Shown: piece by piece, positions 39,629-52,735 of the stretch
How the letters are laid out: each line of letters starts with the position of its first letter
How positions within the stretch are numbered: the first letter of the stretch is position 1
Source: Octopus sinensis
Lineage: Eukaryota
Direction: 5' to 3'
DNA: 63,865 nucleotides
Assembly: GCF_006345805.1 (NCBI RefSeq)
Contig: NW_021831841.1
Location: 1 to 63,865, forward strand
Notes under the pieces: generated by a model
What the model was told of the DNA's origin: nothing
What the model saw: the letters and a program-made list of their open reading frames with translations, nothing else
The model's database searches: none
Program-made: the position numbers and the translations under genes

Positions 39629-40250
39629 TTACCTCTGCCTTAGTGAAGGCGGAAGTATTGTTTTCAGTCATGTTTGTTTGTCCGCGGACAAGATATCTCA
39701 AGAATCGTTGGATGGATCCGGATGAAACTTTCAGGGACATTTGGCCTCGTGATTGGCACGAACTGAGTAGATTTTGGAATCGATCCGGTACCGGACAAGG
39801 ATTTTGGATTAATGTCCCTTTTTTTTTTTTTACTTAATTTTTAAGTGCGGTCGGGTTCATTTTTTGTATTCTAGTTTGAGAGAGAAGTCGATTTTATTTC
39901 AGATATTCTCATTTTAAAAATCATCTCCGGCTAATCGTTGAGAGACATTTAATTCCCTGTTGCATTTGATGTGTGTTCGCTTCATGTGAGTCTTGTTGTT
40001 GTTTAAATTGTTGAAGGTCTACAGCACCTAATTGTTGTATTACTGAATTGTTAAAACCTGTGAATTTTTATTTTATTCCCCATTTATGGCTGAAGTTGTG
40101 AATAACAACATTATGGAAAGTCAACCAGTTCCAGCAGGCAGTAACGCTGCAGTAACTGGGAATAGTTTAACGGCAGATATCCGGCAGATATCCTGCAAGT
40201 AAGAGAAATTCGACTGAACGACACAAATTTTAAGAAGTATAATGAATTGT
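39629..40250 (+). mobile_element. Possible Helentron-associated non-autonomous element (HINE-like), right end unclear
   Basis: Starts ttacctctgcc-ttagtga-aggcggaag hairpin, then gtttgtttgtcc..aagatatctcaagaa..ggatgaaactt, resembling recalled HINE 5' blocks. Confidence 0.4.
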
Positions 40251-40257
40251 TACACCA

Positions 40258-40878
40258 GCACTTATTCTTTGGAAACCTAGTACTTATTCCAGCGGTCTCT
40301 TTTGCCGAACCGCTAGGGGGACGTAAACACACCAGCACCGGTTGTCAAGCGATGTTGGGGAGGGGGACAAACACAGAAATGCAAACACACACACATATAT
40401 ATATACATATACATATATACGACGGGCTTCTTTCAGTTTCTATCTACCAAATCCACTCACAAGGCTTTGGTCGACCCGAGGCTATAGTAGAAGACACTTG
40501 ACAAAGTTGCCACGCAGTGGGACTGAACCCGGAACCATGTAGCTGGTAAGCAAGCTACTTACCAAACAGCCAAGGCTTCTTTCAGTTTCTGTCTATCAAA
40601 TCCACTCACAAGGCTTTGGTCGGCCCGAGGCTATAGTAGAAGACACTTGACAAAGTTGCCACGCAGTGGGACTGAACCCGGAACCATGTGGCTGGTAAGC
40701 AAGCTACTTACCAAACAGCCAAGGCTTCTTTCAGTTTCTGTCTATCAAATCCACTCACAAGGCTTTGGTCGGCCCATGGCAATAGTAGCAACACTTGCCC
40801 AAGGTGCTACGCTGTGGGAATGAATCAGAAATCACGAGGTTGTTAAGCAAGCTACTTACCACATAGTCACTCCGGCGC
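40258..40878 (-). mobile_element. SINE-A with triplicated head, tail missing
   Basis: Collinear with 1406-1822. Confidence 0.85.
40425..40875 (-). repeat. Three tandem 149-bp copies of the SINE-A head
   Basis: Unit starts at 40425, 40574 and 40723. Confidence 0.9.
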
Positions 40879-41116
40879 CTGTATGTATGTAATTTCATAT
40901 CGTTACTTGTAAATATCTATTCATTGTGTTAATACATATTTTCTAATGAGAATGTTTTCACGTTATATCAAATATCAGATTTTTACATGATGAGAGTTGA
41001 ATGCATAGGATGAGTATACGCCCCCTTTACAAAACAGCTATGATGCAAAGGAAAGTGCATCACCAAGTAAATGGGGTATTGCACTCACAATCGCTTGATC
41101 GCAGTTTCGATTCCTG

Positions 41117-41428
41117 TGGAGGCGCAATGGCCCAGTAGTTAGGGCAGCGGGCTCGCGGTTGTAGGATCGCGGTTTCGATTCCCAGACCGGGCATTGTGAG
41201 TGTTTACTGAGCGAAAACACATAAAGCTCCACTAGGCTCCGGCAGGGGGTGGTGGCGAACCCTGCTGTACTCTTTCAACACAACTTCCTCTCACTCTTTC
41301 TTCCTGTTTCTGTTGTACCTGTATTTCAAAGGGCCAGCCTTGTTACTCTGTGTCACGCTGAATCTCCCCGAGAACAACGTTAAGGGTACACGTGTCTGTG
41401 AAGTGCTCAGCCACTTGCACGTTAATAA
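41117..41428 (+). mobile_element. SINE-B, 3' truncated
   Basis: Collinear with the other copies. Confidence 0.85.
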
Positions 41429-41624
41429 ATGAGCTGCGACGTCACTGGTACCAAGCTGTATCGGCTTTTGCCTTTCCCTTGGATAACATCGGTGGCTTGG
41501 AGAGGGGAGGCCGGTATGCGTGGGTCACTGCCGGTCTTCCAAAAACAGCCTTGCCCAGACTTGTACCTGGGAGGGTAACTTTCTAGGTGTAATCCCATGA
41601 TCGTTCATGTCCGAAGGGGGTCAC

Positions 41625-42078
41625 AAAGATTAAAGGAAAATAGATTATAAGATTAAAGGAAATAGATTTTAAGATTAAAGGATTAAAGGAAAATACATTA
41701 AAGGATCAAAGGAAAATAGATTTGAAAATTTTCGTCCAAATTTTTTCAAAAAGTCTTTGAGGAAAATTTTCAAAACAATTTTCGAAAAAATTTTGAAAAT
41801 TTTCAAAAAATTTTTGAAAATATTTTGAGGAAAATTTAAAAAAATCTTTCAAAAAAGTTTGAGGAAAATTTCCAAAAAATGTTTGAAAAAATTTCGAGGA
41901 AAATTTTCCAAAAGATTTTGAAAAAATTTTGTCGAAAATTTTGAAAAACATTTTGAAAAAATTTAGAGGAAAATTTTCAAAAAAGTTTTGAAAAAATTTA
42001 GAGGAAATTTTCAAAAAAGTTTTGAAAAAATTTTGAAGAAAATTTTCCAAAAGACTTTGAAAAAATTTTGTCGAAAAT
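41625..42078. repeat. AT-rich minisatellite: (AAGATTAAAGGAAAATAG)-like units, then an A-tract/T-tract array of about 11-12 bp period
   Basis: Direct reading, e.g. gaggaaaattttcaaaaaagttttgaaaaaattta repeated. Confidence 0.85.
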
Positions 42079-42492
42079 GTTTAGCCCCTTGTGGGTAGTA
42101 AAGAAATAAAAATAGGTATTTCGTCTGCCGTTACGTTGTGAGTTCAAATTTTGCCGAGGTCGACTTTGCCTGTCATCCTTTCGAGGTCGATTAAATAAGT
42201 ACCATTTACGCACTAGGGTCGATGTAATGGACTTAAACTGTTTGTCTGTCCTTGTTTGTCCCCTCTATGTTTAGCCCCTTGTGGGTAGTAAAGAAATAGG
42301 TATTTCGTCTGCCGTTTTGTTTTGAGTTCAAATTCCGCCGAGGTCGACTTTGCCTTTCATCCTTTCGGGGTCGATTAAATAAGCACCAGTTACGCACTGG
42401 GGGTTGATGTAAACGACTTAATCCGTTTGTCTGTCCTTGTTTGTCCTCTCTGTGTTTAGCCCCTTGTGGGCAGTAAAGAAATAGGTATTTCT
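42078..42492 (+). mobile_element. Tandem headless SINE-D dimer units (about 200 bp period)
   Basis: Module gtttagccccttgtgggtagtaaagaaataggtatttc occurs three times, with the core between them. Confidence 0.85.
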
Positions 42493-42902
42493 TCTAATTG
42501 GAAACTTTACCTGTCGTTGTGGTTTTGTGGCACGAAGCAAAGAAATCTCCTCAACTCGGTCCGTTTGGCTAAAGATTTGAAGATTTGCAATGCACGAGCA
42601 GGCTTCAAGAGACACATTCGTGTTCATAGAACATGATTGACGTTATATTTTACTGAACCCTCATTTGTTGTTCAAGAGAATCCATCATCATATTATATAT
42701 GTATATATTATGATGATATCATATATATATATGATATCATATTATATATAACATATATCATATATATATATGTATTATATTATATTATGTAAAGAGAAAA
42801 AGAGAGTGGGATAAAGACTATGTGAGAGAGGAAGGAGAGAGAGGAAAAGAGAGATTGAGAGAGAGAGAGAGAGAGAGAGTGGGAGGCAAATAGATAGATA
42901 GC

Positions 42903-43322
42903 TGGAGTGGCTGAGTGGTAAGTAGCTTGCTTACCAACCACATGGTTCCGGGTTCAAACCCACTGCCTGGCACCTTGGGCAAATGTCTTCTACTATAGCC
43001 TCGGGCCGACCAAAGCTTTGTGAGCGGACTTAGTAGACGGAAACTGAAAGAAGCCCGTCGTATATATGTATATGTATATATATATGTGTATGTGTGTGTA
43101 TGTTTGTGTCTGTGTTTGTCCCCCACCAACATCGCTTGACAACCGATGCTGGTGCGTTTACGTCCCCATAACTTAGCGGTTCGGCAAAAGAGACAGCTAG
43201 AATAAGTACTAGGCTTACAAAAGCATAAGTCCTGGGGTCGATTTGCTCGGGTAAAGGTGGTGCTCCAGCATGGCCGCAAGTCAAATGACTGAAACAAGTA
43301 AAAGAGTAAAGAGAGTAAAGAA
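42903..43322 (+). mobile_element. SINE-A
   Basis: Collinear with 1406-1822. Confidence 0.9.
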
Positions 43323-43335
43323 CATATATACAGAT

Positions 43336-43366
<31 letters not shown>

Positions 43367-43865
43367 GAGATAGATAGATAGAGAGAGAGAGAGAGGCACG
43401 GGGAAGAATTCAGTGAATGAGGAGACAAATATGAACTATATTTGTTTTGTGTATAAGCAAAGTTGAGTTGAATGACAGAAATCCGCAGAGGAAATGATCT
43501 ACTTCAGAATGTCATTCAAACAGTTTCATATGAAACCCGTATACTATATTACACATCTCTAATTGATGCATATAATACATTAGCCTCTATATAATACATT
43601 AGCATTTTCTTTTGATTTTAAGCCAATGACCAACGGCCGAATATTTATTTAAATGCGTCACACTTTTAGAAAGGTTTCCTTCCTCCATAAATTCCCTTAC
43701 CTCATTATTTCATGGTATTCTCGTCAAATTTCGAGGAAACACCTTCTTAAAATGCCATTTTTGTAACTTAAATCCGAATATTTTCCAGCATTTATGCTAT
43801 GCTAGATTTGTATGCTTTTACATGTATATATCACAAACACACACACACAGACACACACACACACA

Positions 43866-43902
<37 letters not shown>

Positions 43903-44455
43903 GCACACACACACACACACACACGCACACACACGCACACAGACATACATACACGTGCCCCAGCATGGCCACAGCTCATTAGCTGAAACTCGAAAAATCA
44001 AAATCAAAAAATCAATACACATACACACACACACACACATACAAACTCTCATATACACATACAGGCACACCCACACACACTTATGCGCACGTGCATTCAA
44101 ACACACAAAACACTGATACTCAAATTCATAGATGCGTAGAGACACACAACTGCGCATGTACATACATTCACAAAAAAACCCGCCCAAACATAAATACGTA
44201 CATAGGTATACAAATATGGACTAAAGATACGCATAGACAAACGTTTATGCAATGTAATATTTGTATAGGAGGCTTTACATTTTTTGACAATGAATAGGAA
44301 ATTGTGTTTTATACATAATTACATACAAAGCCTTTGTGAGTGGATATGGCGGACGGAAACTGAAAGAAGCTCGTTTTAGAAAAAAAAAACGCAACAAAGA
44401 CCTTCAAATCGTTGCATGGCTATAGTCCAAAGACTGAAACAAATTAAAAGAAAAT

Positions 44456-44525
<70 letters not shown>

Positions 44526-44705
44526 TATATATATATAATAATATATATTATTATATATATATGTCACACACACGCACATACACAAACACACATACCACAC
44601 CACACACATAGATACAGACACACTTACGCGCATGTACATTCAAACACAAAACATTGATACTCATATTTTATCTATTAGCAATTGCCCGTGCAGCCCAGAG
44701 TCCCC

Positions 44706-44798
<93 letters not shown>

Positions 44799-45061
44799 TT
44801 ATATAAATATATATGACGATATTATTGTTTATAATAATAACAGTGGCTTAGCATGCATAAAAATTATCAATTAATAATTAAGGGTACCAACAAGCAGTAC
44901 TGGCATGCTAAATGCAGCAAACCACAAATTTTCACATAAACACAAAGGCGAAGCTGGCTAAATGAATAAAGATTCTAAAACCCCGTAGTCTTGCTTTGAT
45001 TGTTTTCCTTGATTGTTCTCCTATATATATGTATGCATATATATATATATATATACACATC

Positions 45062-45472
45062 GCAGGAATGGGTGTGTGGTAAGTAGCTTGCTTACCAACC
45101 ACATGGTTCCGGGTTCAGTCCCATTGCGTGGCACCTTGGGCAAATGTCTTCTTCTATAGCCTCGGGCCGACCAAAGCCTTGTGAGTGGATTTGGTTGACG
45201 GAAACCTGAAAGAAGCCCGTCGTATATATGTATATACATATATATGTATGTGCATGTATGTTTGTGTGTCTGTGTTTGTCCCCCTAGCATTGCTTGACAA
45301 CCGATGCTGATGTGTTTATGTCCCCTCACTAGAGGTTCGGCAAAAGAGTCCGATAGAATAAGTACTGGGCTTACAAAGAACAAGTCCCGGGTCGAGTTGC
45401 CGACTAAAGGCGGTGCTCCAGCATAGCCGCAGTCAATGACTGAAACAAGTAAAAGAGTAAAAGAGTAAAAGT
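45062..45472 (+). mobile_element. SINE-A
   Basis: Collinear with 1406-1822. Confidence 0.9.
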
Positions 45473-45473
45473 A

Positions 45474-45509
<36 letters not shown>

Positions 45510-45602
45510 GATTTAAAATAGGATAAATTCTTTATAAGAATTTATCAAGTGGTCAGCGTGAAAACCTTCTAAGGAAAATTTATAATTATTCCCTTTAAAT
45601 AT

Positions 45603-45974
45603 ATTTATTTATATTAAGGGCATTACTATACGTAAATACCTCACGTTGTTAGAGACTCTTAAAGTCAAAACTACCATAATAAATACACTGCGTACCGAAC
45701 GCGAGGGAATGCAACTTTCGAAGCCAACCCCTTAAAAACAGATTCAGCCGCATATCATATGATTTCATCGTGTACATAATCCCACTTTCTAGTCCTCAGT
45801 GCAGGCATCATCAAGACACATAATAAAAAATAACAAATCAACATACCAGACAAACACCAAAGTTGCATTCCCTCGTGTTCGGTACCCTGTATATTTATTA
45901 CGGTAGATTTGACTTTAAAAGTCCCTAATAGCGTGAGGCATTTACGTGTATTAATGCCTTTAATATAAATAAAT
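45603..45974. mobile_element. Fold-back element: diverged inverted arms of about 115 bp (45603-45718 / 45859-45974); relatives near 7640-8055 and 10690-10830
   Basis: aagggcattac...gaatgcaacttt mirrored by aaagttgcattc...taatgccttt; flanked by (TA)n. Confidence 0.65.
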
Positions 45975-45992
45975 AAATAAGTAAATAGATAA

Positions 45993-46045
<53 letters not shown>

Positions 46046-46323
46046 CAACAATTGAGGGTAAAATTAATTAATTATTAATCAATTTCACCAAGTATTCAGT
46101 ATGTAAGGGACCATTTAAGGCGAATTCAAATTATTACATTATATAAAAGGGCTTAGTAAAATAAATTACTTTGCCACATTTGAACTCATTAGAAATAGCA
46201 GCTAAAAAAAATTTTTTAAAACTATTTCTAATACTTAAAGAAAATCTCTCTCATATAGTGCTTGCTCAAGTCAACTCACGATGGTATGGGGGTAAAAACA
46301 TTAAAAAATCACAAATGCAAAGG

Positions 46324-46361
<38 letters not shown>

Positions 46362-46526
46362 CGTAAAGTGTACTAGCTATCTCAATGTGGCTAGCCACTG
46401 GGGGTGGGTGTTACTGAAGCTTTTAGCCCCAGGAGATCATCGTCTTCAGCTGGCTTTAGACACGCTTTCTGTGTCCTTCTGATATTCGCAAAGGGAGGTC
46501 ATCCCCTCTCGAAAACCTAAGTGATA

Positions 46527-46571
46527 CGCACGGACTATAGTTTCGAGGTTTTTGCCTCTCGTCAACGTACG
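46527..46571 (-). ncRNA. Minimal type I hammerhead (C3U core variant) inside a 26-bp perfect inverted repeat (46506-46531 / 46582-46607)
   Basis: CGTACG-TTGACGA-GAGG(caaaaa)CCTC-GAAA-C(TATA)G-TC/CGTGCG; 6-bp stem I; GUC triplet. Confidence 0.75.
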
Positions 46572-46604
46572 ATAATCACCGGTGCGTATCACTTAGGTTT
46601 TCGA

Positions 46605-46992
46605 GAGTGGCTGTGTGGTAAGTAGTTTGCTTACCAACCACATGGTTCCGGGTTCAGTCCCACTGCGTGGCACCTTGGGCAAGTGTCTTCTGCTATAGCT
46701 TCGGGCCGACCAAAGCCTTGTGAGTGGATTTGGTAGACGGAAACTGAAAGAATCCCGTCGTATATATGTATATATATATATGTGTGTGTGTATGTATGTT
46801 TGTGTGTCTGTGTTTGTCCCCACAACATCGCTTGACAACCGATGCTGGTGTGTTTACGTCTCCGTAACTTAGCGGTTCGGCAAAAGAGACTAATAGAATA
46901 AGTACTAGGCTTACAAAGAATAAGTCCTGGGGTCGATTTGCTCGACTAAAGGCGGTGCTCCAGCATGGCCACAGTCAAATGACCGAAACAAG
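46605..46992 (+). mobile_element. SINE-A abutting the hammerhead fold-back
   Basis: Collinear with 1406-1822. Confidence 0.9.
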
Positions 46993-49829
46993 TCCCCTCT
47001 ATGTAATCACTATCACTCTTTTGTTGTAAAACTTCTGAATTAACTTTATCTTTCAATATGCCAAAACGAAAGGATTTGTTTCTTTATTTACCTATAAAAA
47101 GGTTTACATAGAGGGGACGTTACAAGGACAGACAAGGGACATCTAGGGTACAGACACCCTTCTTATATACAAGATGAAAAGACAGATGGATTTACATATA
47201 TTATACGGATGGGAGTTTAAAATATACGTGATGAGTGGATGGAAATTTGGGTTCCGGGTTAGTGAATTAACCCGCCGGTTGGTTATCCCGTTTGGTAATC
47301 TTTTTCCTTTCTGTTATGCCCCGACTGACCCCCCCTCCCACCAACGAAAGGATAGCACACCAGTGAATGTTATTAAAACATAAAAACAAAACCAACCTCC
47401 ATAATAGAGACTTCAGATCAAATACGAGCTGATAAAGGAATCCCAAACCGTTAACGATTTAGCTACAAAGTTTTTCTGAGGTCAATCACTTTTCTATGCG
47501 ATTTTAATGGATACAAAAACCCCCCACCCAGAAACGGTAGCATGAAATTAAAAGTACACGCTTCTTGTTATCTACAAAAGTACGTCATAAAGAAATGGTC
47601 AGCCTTATTCCTCGTATGGAGAGACTTTTATCTTCAGGGATATAGTTTCAAATGCAGCGATGAAACATGCACATTAGACATCCAGTTATTTGTGCTAAAT
47701 CTTTATCTATTTTAAGACGCTTAAAGATAAGAAAGAAGGCGAGTGTGAAGTAACATTTATTGCAAGCAATGATTAGCAATATAAATGAAAAACAAGCTGG
47801 TTGGCATAGTGCAGAAGTGCAAAGAAGCTGCGACTGCTTGCTATTCAAACAAGAAATTTATTTGTGGAAAATTTAGAAGAAATAATAGAATATATTTGCA
47901 CAATCTAACCTCCTTTTTACATAGATGAAATTTGAAGGCACCAACAAAAAGCTATAATGCGAAAAATCATTGAGGCTATGTTTTAAAGTAACCAATGGTT
48001 GAATAACTTTGTTTGTTTGGAAGTAATGTTGTTTAAGACTAGTCTAAGTTAAAACCCTTGCTTGAGCGTTGTGTTGAAAACCTAAAATTTCTTAACGGCA
48101 GTGTAGATATTATACCCCAGTCATATGGAAAGGAAAAACTGCTTTTATTACTTCTTCACTATTTGGTAATTGTTTTACGCATAAATTTATGTATAAAACA
48201 ATATTGTGGATACAAAAATATTCCTTTTCATGTGCTGCTGATAAATAATGTACCTTGTCAGCCACATTGTTTACAATGGTGCAATCCAAATGTTAAATTT
48301 TAATATTTATACTTCCAAATGTAAGGTCACCACAGCAACCGATGGAGCAAGGCTTTATTGCAAAATTTAATGCATATTACCTTCGATTCACATTTGATCA
48401 GGTAATAAATCCTATTGATTAGGAAGGAGGCTTAACACAAGTTTTTTTTTGTTTTTTGGAAATTATACAATATTCTGAGTAAATTAGAAATAAAGTTTTC
48501 GAATTTTGGTACAAAGCCAGTAATTTTATGGGAAGAATGTCAGTCGATTACAACGACCACAACTGGTACATTATTTTATCGACCTCGAAAGAATAAAACT
48601 CAAAGTTGACTTGATGGTATTTGAACTCACAACATAAAGCGCCGGAAGATGTGCTGCAAATCATTTTGTTCAACAGGCTATCGAAAGGTACCTTAGAACA
48701 AAATTGCAGAAAACAAAGAAGAAAATGAAAATGAAAGCCATTTGGGACAAACTCTGCTCTTAATTGATAATTCTGAGGGATTTCACGAACCAGTAAAAAT
48801 TGTTCGAAATGAGACAGAAACAGCCATTAATGAAGTAGTCCGTTTCAGTTTAATGTTTCTCCGAATATCGTTTATGATGTTTCTCAGTGACATGAGAAAT
48901 AGCTCACATAAGAAGGCCTGAACAAGGAATAAGTATGGCGATCATTTCTGTTTTTAAACCCGACGTTCTACGTATATATCTCTATCTATCTCGTATATAA
49001 CTATCTCGTATATATCTCTATCTATCTCGTATATAACTATCTCGTATATATCTCTATCTAGTTAATTATCACTATTTCTTTAGTGTTTGATAATATATAT
49101 ATCACCTGAAAGATTTACTTAATTTTCTCGCCTGCATTTAATCAATACATCTCAGAGCACGTTCAGTTTAATATATTGACATCTTTTACTTCTACCTATT
49201 TCTTTACTACCCACAAGAGACTAAACAAGGACAGACAAACGGATTAAGTCGATTACATCGACCCCACTGCGTAACTGGTACTTTATTTATCGACCCCGAA
49301 AGGATGAAAGGCAAAGTCGACCTCGGCGGAATTTGAACTCAGAACGTAACGACAGACGAAATACGGCTACGCATTTCACCCGACGTGCTAACGGTTCTGC
49401 CAGCTCGCCGCCTATCTTTTACTTCTACCATCTCCTTTCTGTGCATATTTCATAAAGGTTAACAATCTATGAAGCCTCTGACCCTGTCATTTACGTTTCT
49501 ATATTTCCTTTTCTCTAAGACAAAGGGACCCCAAACTACGTGACTTATTGCTTCTAATTTCACAGCTCAGCTTTACTTTATATTTTCTTTCCTTAAATAC
49601 TTTTGGTAGTTTCTGGTAAGATGGTTCTGTCTTTTTTTTTACTGCGATCAAAACAATTCAGTAACAATTTTTGAGCGCAACACTTCCCAGCCACAACTCA
49701 GATATCTTAAAAGAAATTTCCATTTTGCCCTGTCTTCTAGGGGAAACTTTCTTGCCAATGTCTTCACGAAATCATGTAGTCTTAATGTAAATCTAGTTGG
49801 TCTTAAAAGTAATTTTTATTTGTGTTTTG

Positions 49830-50249
49830 GGATCTTTTCGGTTTGAACGGCAGTTTTTCTAGCGGTGTCATATGAAATTGTCACCCCTAATTATGACCCT
49901 AGTATCGATCTATTGCATTTCAATCTGTTTTAGGGTTAGGGTTAGGGGTGGGGGGAAGGGTATATTTTTTTCTTCAGAAATATAAATAAACCCAATCTGT
50001 TTCTTAAATGAGGGACATATTCATACGGCATAGAATGTTTTCACCTCAATAGACGGTCATTGATTGGTTGAAATTGCAGAAATTGAAGAAAAAAACCCCA
50101 ACAAATATCTTACAAACTATAGAATTTTCTCAATAAAACCAAGAGAAAAAGATGTTTTATAAACACATTCTACCAGTATACGAAGTTTAAAAGTGCTTAG
50201 TTACGTGGAAATTATTAAAAAAAAACTGCCGTTCAAACCGAAAAGATCT
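49830..50249. mobile_element. Second copy of the same Merlin-like MITE; 8-bp TSD GTGTTTTG/GTATTTTG
   Basis: Collinear with 17829-18270; one mismatch in the TIR end and one in the TSD. Confidence 0.8.
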
Positions 50250-50942
50250 GTATTTTGTTATTATTTCTCCATCGTTTCCACAACTGGCTATCAAAATTAC
50301 CTCTGCTTTTTTTATAATTTGGTTTCCCTAAAGAGAGAGAAAACAACCCAGTTTCTGATTTGTCTCTGTTCCCTAGCTATTTATTTTATTTTCACATTAT
50401 TATTTTCTGGTTAATTTATGTAGACCTTTCATCAGATATTTTATTATAATTTTCTAGCTACTGACAACCCTGACTTTTCAATGTACGTAGTAAATATAAG
50501 CTTTCATTTGGCACAGTTTTTACCTATTAATCTAAAGTGTCTACAAAGTAATTTTCTAAACTTTTTTTCGTTGAGTGTATTGTACACTGCGTAGATATTT
50601 AATTCATACGTGGCTGTAAGCCTGTTTTTTCTCTAGATTTCTTATCTGTGTTTTTCTAGCTAACATGATATCAAAGGTAAATATGTCTTTCTCTTCAATG
50701 TCGATTTGGTGCATTTTTCTTAAGTCAGTTTCATACAAATTTCCAGGCTGAGTTCACGCACAGGTTTTCTAGTCATTGTAATCTGCAGTATACAACTTCA
50801 AGTGATCTACTTTCAATAAATGTATTTTATATCCGTATCTAGTTTAGTCTGGCATCTCAGACTTTTACAACCACAAACACGAAGACAACAGAAATAAAAG
50901 CAACAACAGCGAATTTCAGGCATTGTGCCTATAGTAGAAAGG

Positions 50943-51130
50943 ATTCTTCTTCTTCTTCTTCTTCTTCTTCTTCTTCTTCTTCTTCTTGTCTTCATCATCT
51001 TCTTCTTCTTCATCATCATCATCTTCTTCTTCTTCTTCTTCTTCTTCTTCTTCTCCTCCTCCTCCTCCTCCTTCTCCTCCTCCTCCTCCTCCTTCTCCTC
51101 CTCCTCCTCCTCCTTCTTCTTCTTCTTCTC

Positions 51131-51204
<74 letters not shown>

Positions 51205-51205
51205 G
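50943..51205. repeat. (TTC)n(TCC)n(TTA)n compound array grown from a SINE-D tail
   Basis: Follows the SINE-D tail gtgcctatagtagaaagga. Confidence 0.9.
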
Positions 51206-51755
51206 AGTGAGAGAGCAGCAAATGCCACCAAAGTGACATTGGGTAAAATATATGAAGCCCAGTATACCCATCATGGCTACCCGTCTGATAAGGGTACCCT
51301 GAGTATATGCATCACGACCATATGTGCGCGACACGGTGATCTCATATCAAGATAAACAGCGCACGGCCTTGCAGGTCGGACCCAGTTAGAATTTTCTCAG
51401 GTCAAGTTGCGCCCATCCGCTCAAAAGGTCCTTGAATAAGGGTTGTTTAAGGATGTGGAACGAAACACCCATGTTTCCAGAGGTGAATTATCCAAACTCC
51501 AAAGAATTCTTCTCAACATATGTCTATGATGCTCCCCCACTACTTCTGCTCGTGATCAGAGATGCACATATCGTCAGCCACTAAGGGACATGCTCAACTG
51601 ATTAAGGTCAAACAACTGACAAGCAAGTCTTTGGTATTGAGCAGAATATTTGCTGTAGCCCATCTTTTATACCAAGACAAAACAATGTACATGATAACAC
51701 TTCCAATCAGTTATGATAAGAAACCATGAGAGTCACTGTCTGTTCTGCATCAGGG

Positions 51756-51790
<35 letters not shown>

Positions 51791-52344
51791 GAGTGAGAGA
51801 GCAGCAAATGCCACCAAAGTGACATTGGGTAAAATATATGAAGCCCAGTATACCCATCATGGCTACCCGTCTGATAAGGGTACCCTGAGTATATGCATCA
51901 CGACCATATGTGCGCGACACGGTGATCTCATATCAAGATAAACAGCGCACGGCCTTGCAGGTCGGACCCAGTTAGAATTTTCTTCAGGTCAAGTTGCGCC
52001 CATCCCGCTCAAAAGGTCCTTGAATAAGGGTTGTTTAAGGATGTGGAACGAAACACCCATGTTTCCAGAGGTGAATTATCCAAACTCCAAAGAATTCTTC
52101 TCAACATATGTCTATGATGCTCCCCCACTACTTCTGCTCGTGATCAGAGATGCACATATCGTCAGCCACTAAGGGACATGCTCAACTGATTAAGGTCAAA
52201 CAACTGACAAGCAAGTCTTTGGTATTGAGCAGAATATTTGCTGTAGCCCATCTTTTATACCAAGACAAAACAATGTACATGATAACACTTCCAATCAGTT
52301 ATGATAAGAAACCATGAGAGTCACTGTCTGGTTCTGCATCAGGG

Positions 52345-52345
<1 letters not shown>
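51205..52345 (-). mobile_element. Two near-identical tandem copies (51205-51755, 51790-52345) of the (AAT)n-embedded element
   Basis: Copies differ only by a few single-base indels; (TTA)n lies between them and on both sides. Confidence 0.85.
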
Positions 52346-52408
<63 letters not shown>

Positions 52409-52656
52409 CATTCTTCTTCTTCTTATTGTTGTTATTGTTGTTGTTGTTGTCGTTGTTATTATTATTATTACTATTATTATTGTTATTATTATTATTATTA
52501 TCATTCTTCTTCTTATTATTGTCGTTGTTATTGTTGTTGTTGTTGTCATTGTTGTTGTTGTTGTTGTTATTATTATTATTATTATTATTATCATTCTTCT
52601 TATTATTATTGTCGTTGTTATTGTTGTTATTATTGTTGTTGTCATTGTTGTTGTTG

Positions 52657-52735
<79 letters not shown>

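Noticed and set aside
41706-42050. 114-aa F/K/N-rich ORF
   Set aside because: Translation of the A/T-tract minisatellite.
46992-47118. 15-bp inverted repeat GTCCCCTCTATGTAA as a MITE
   Set aside because: No TSD, and the motif overlaps sequence found in the SINE-D module, so it may be two fragments.
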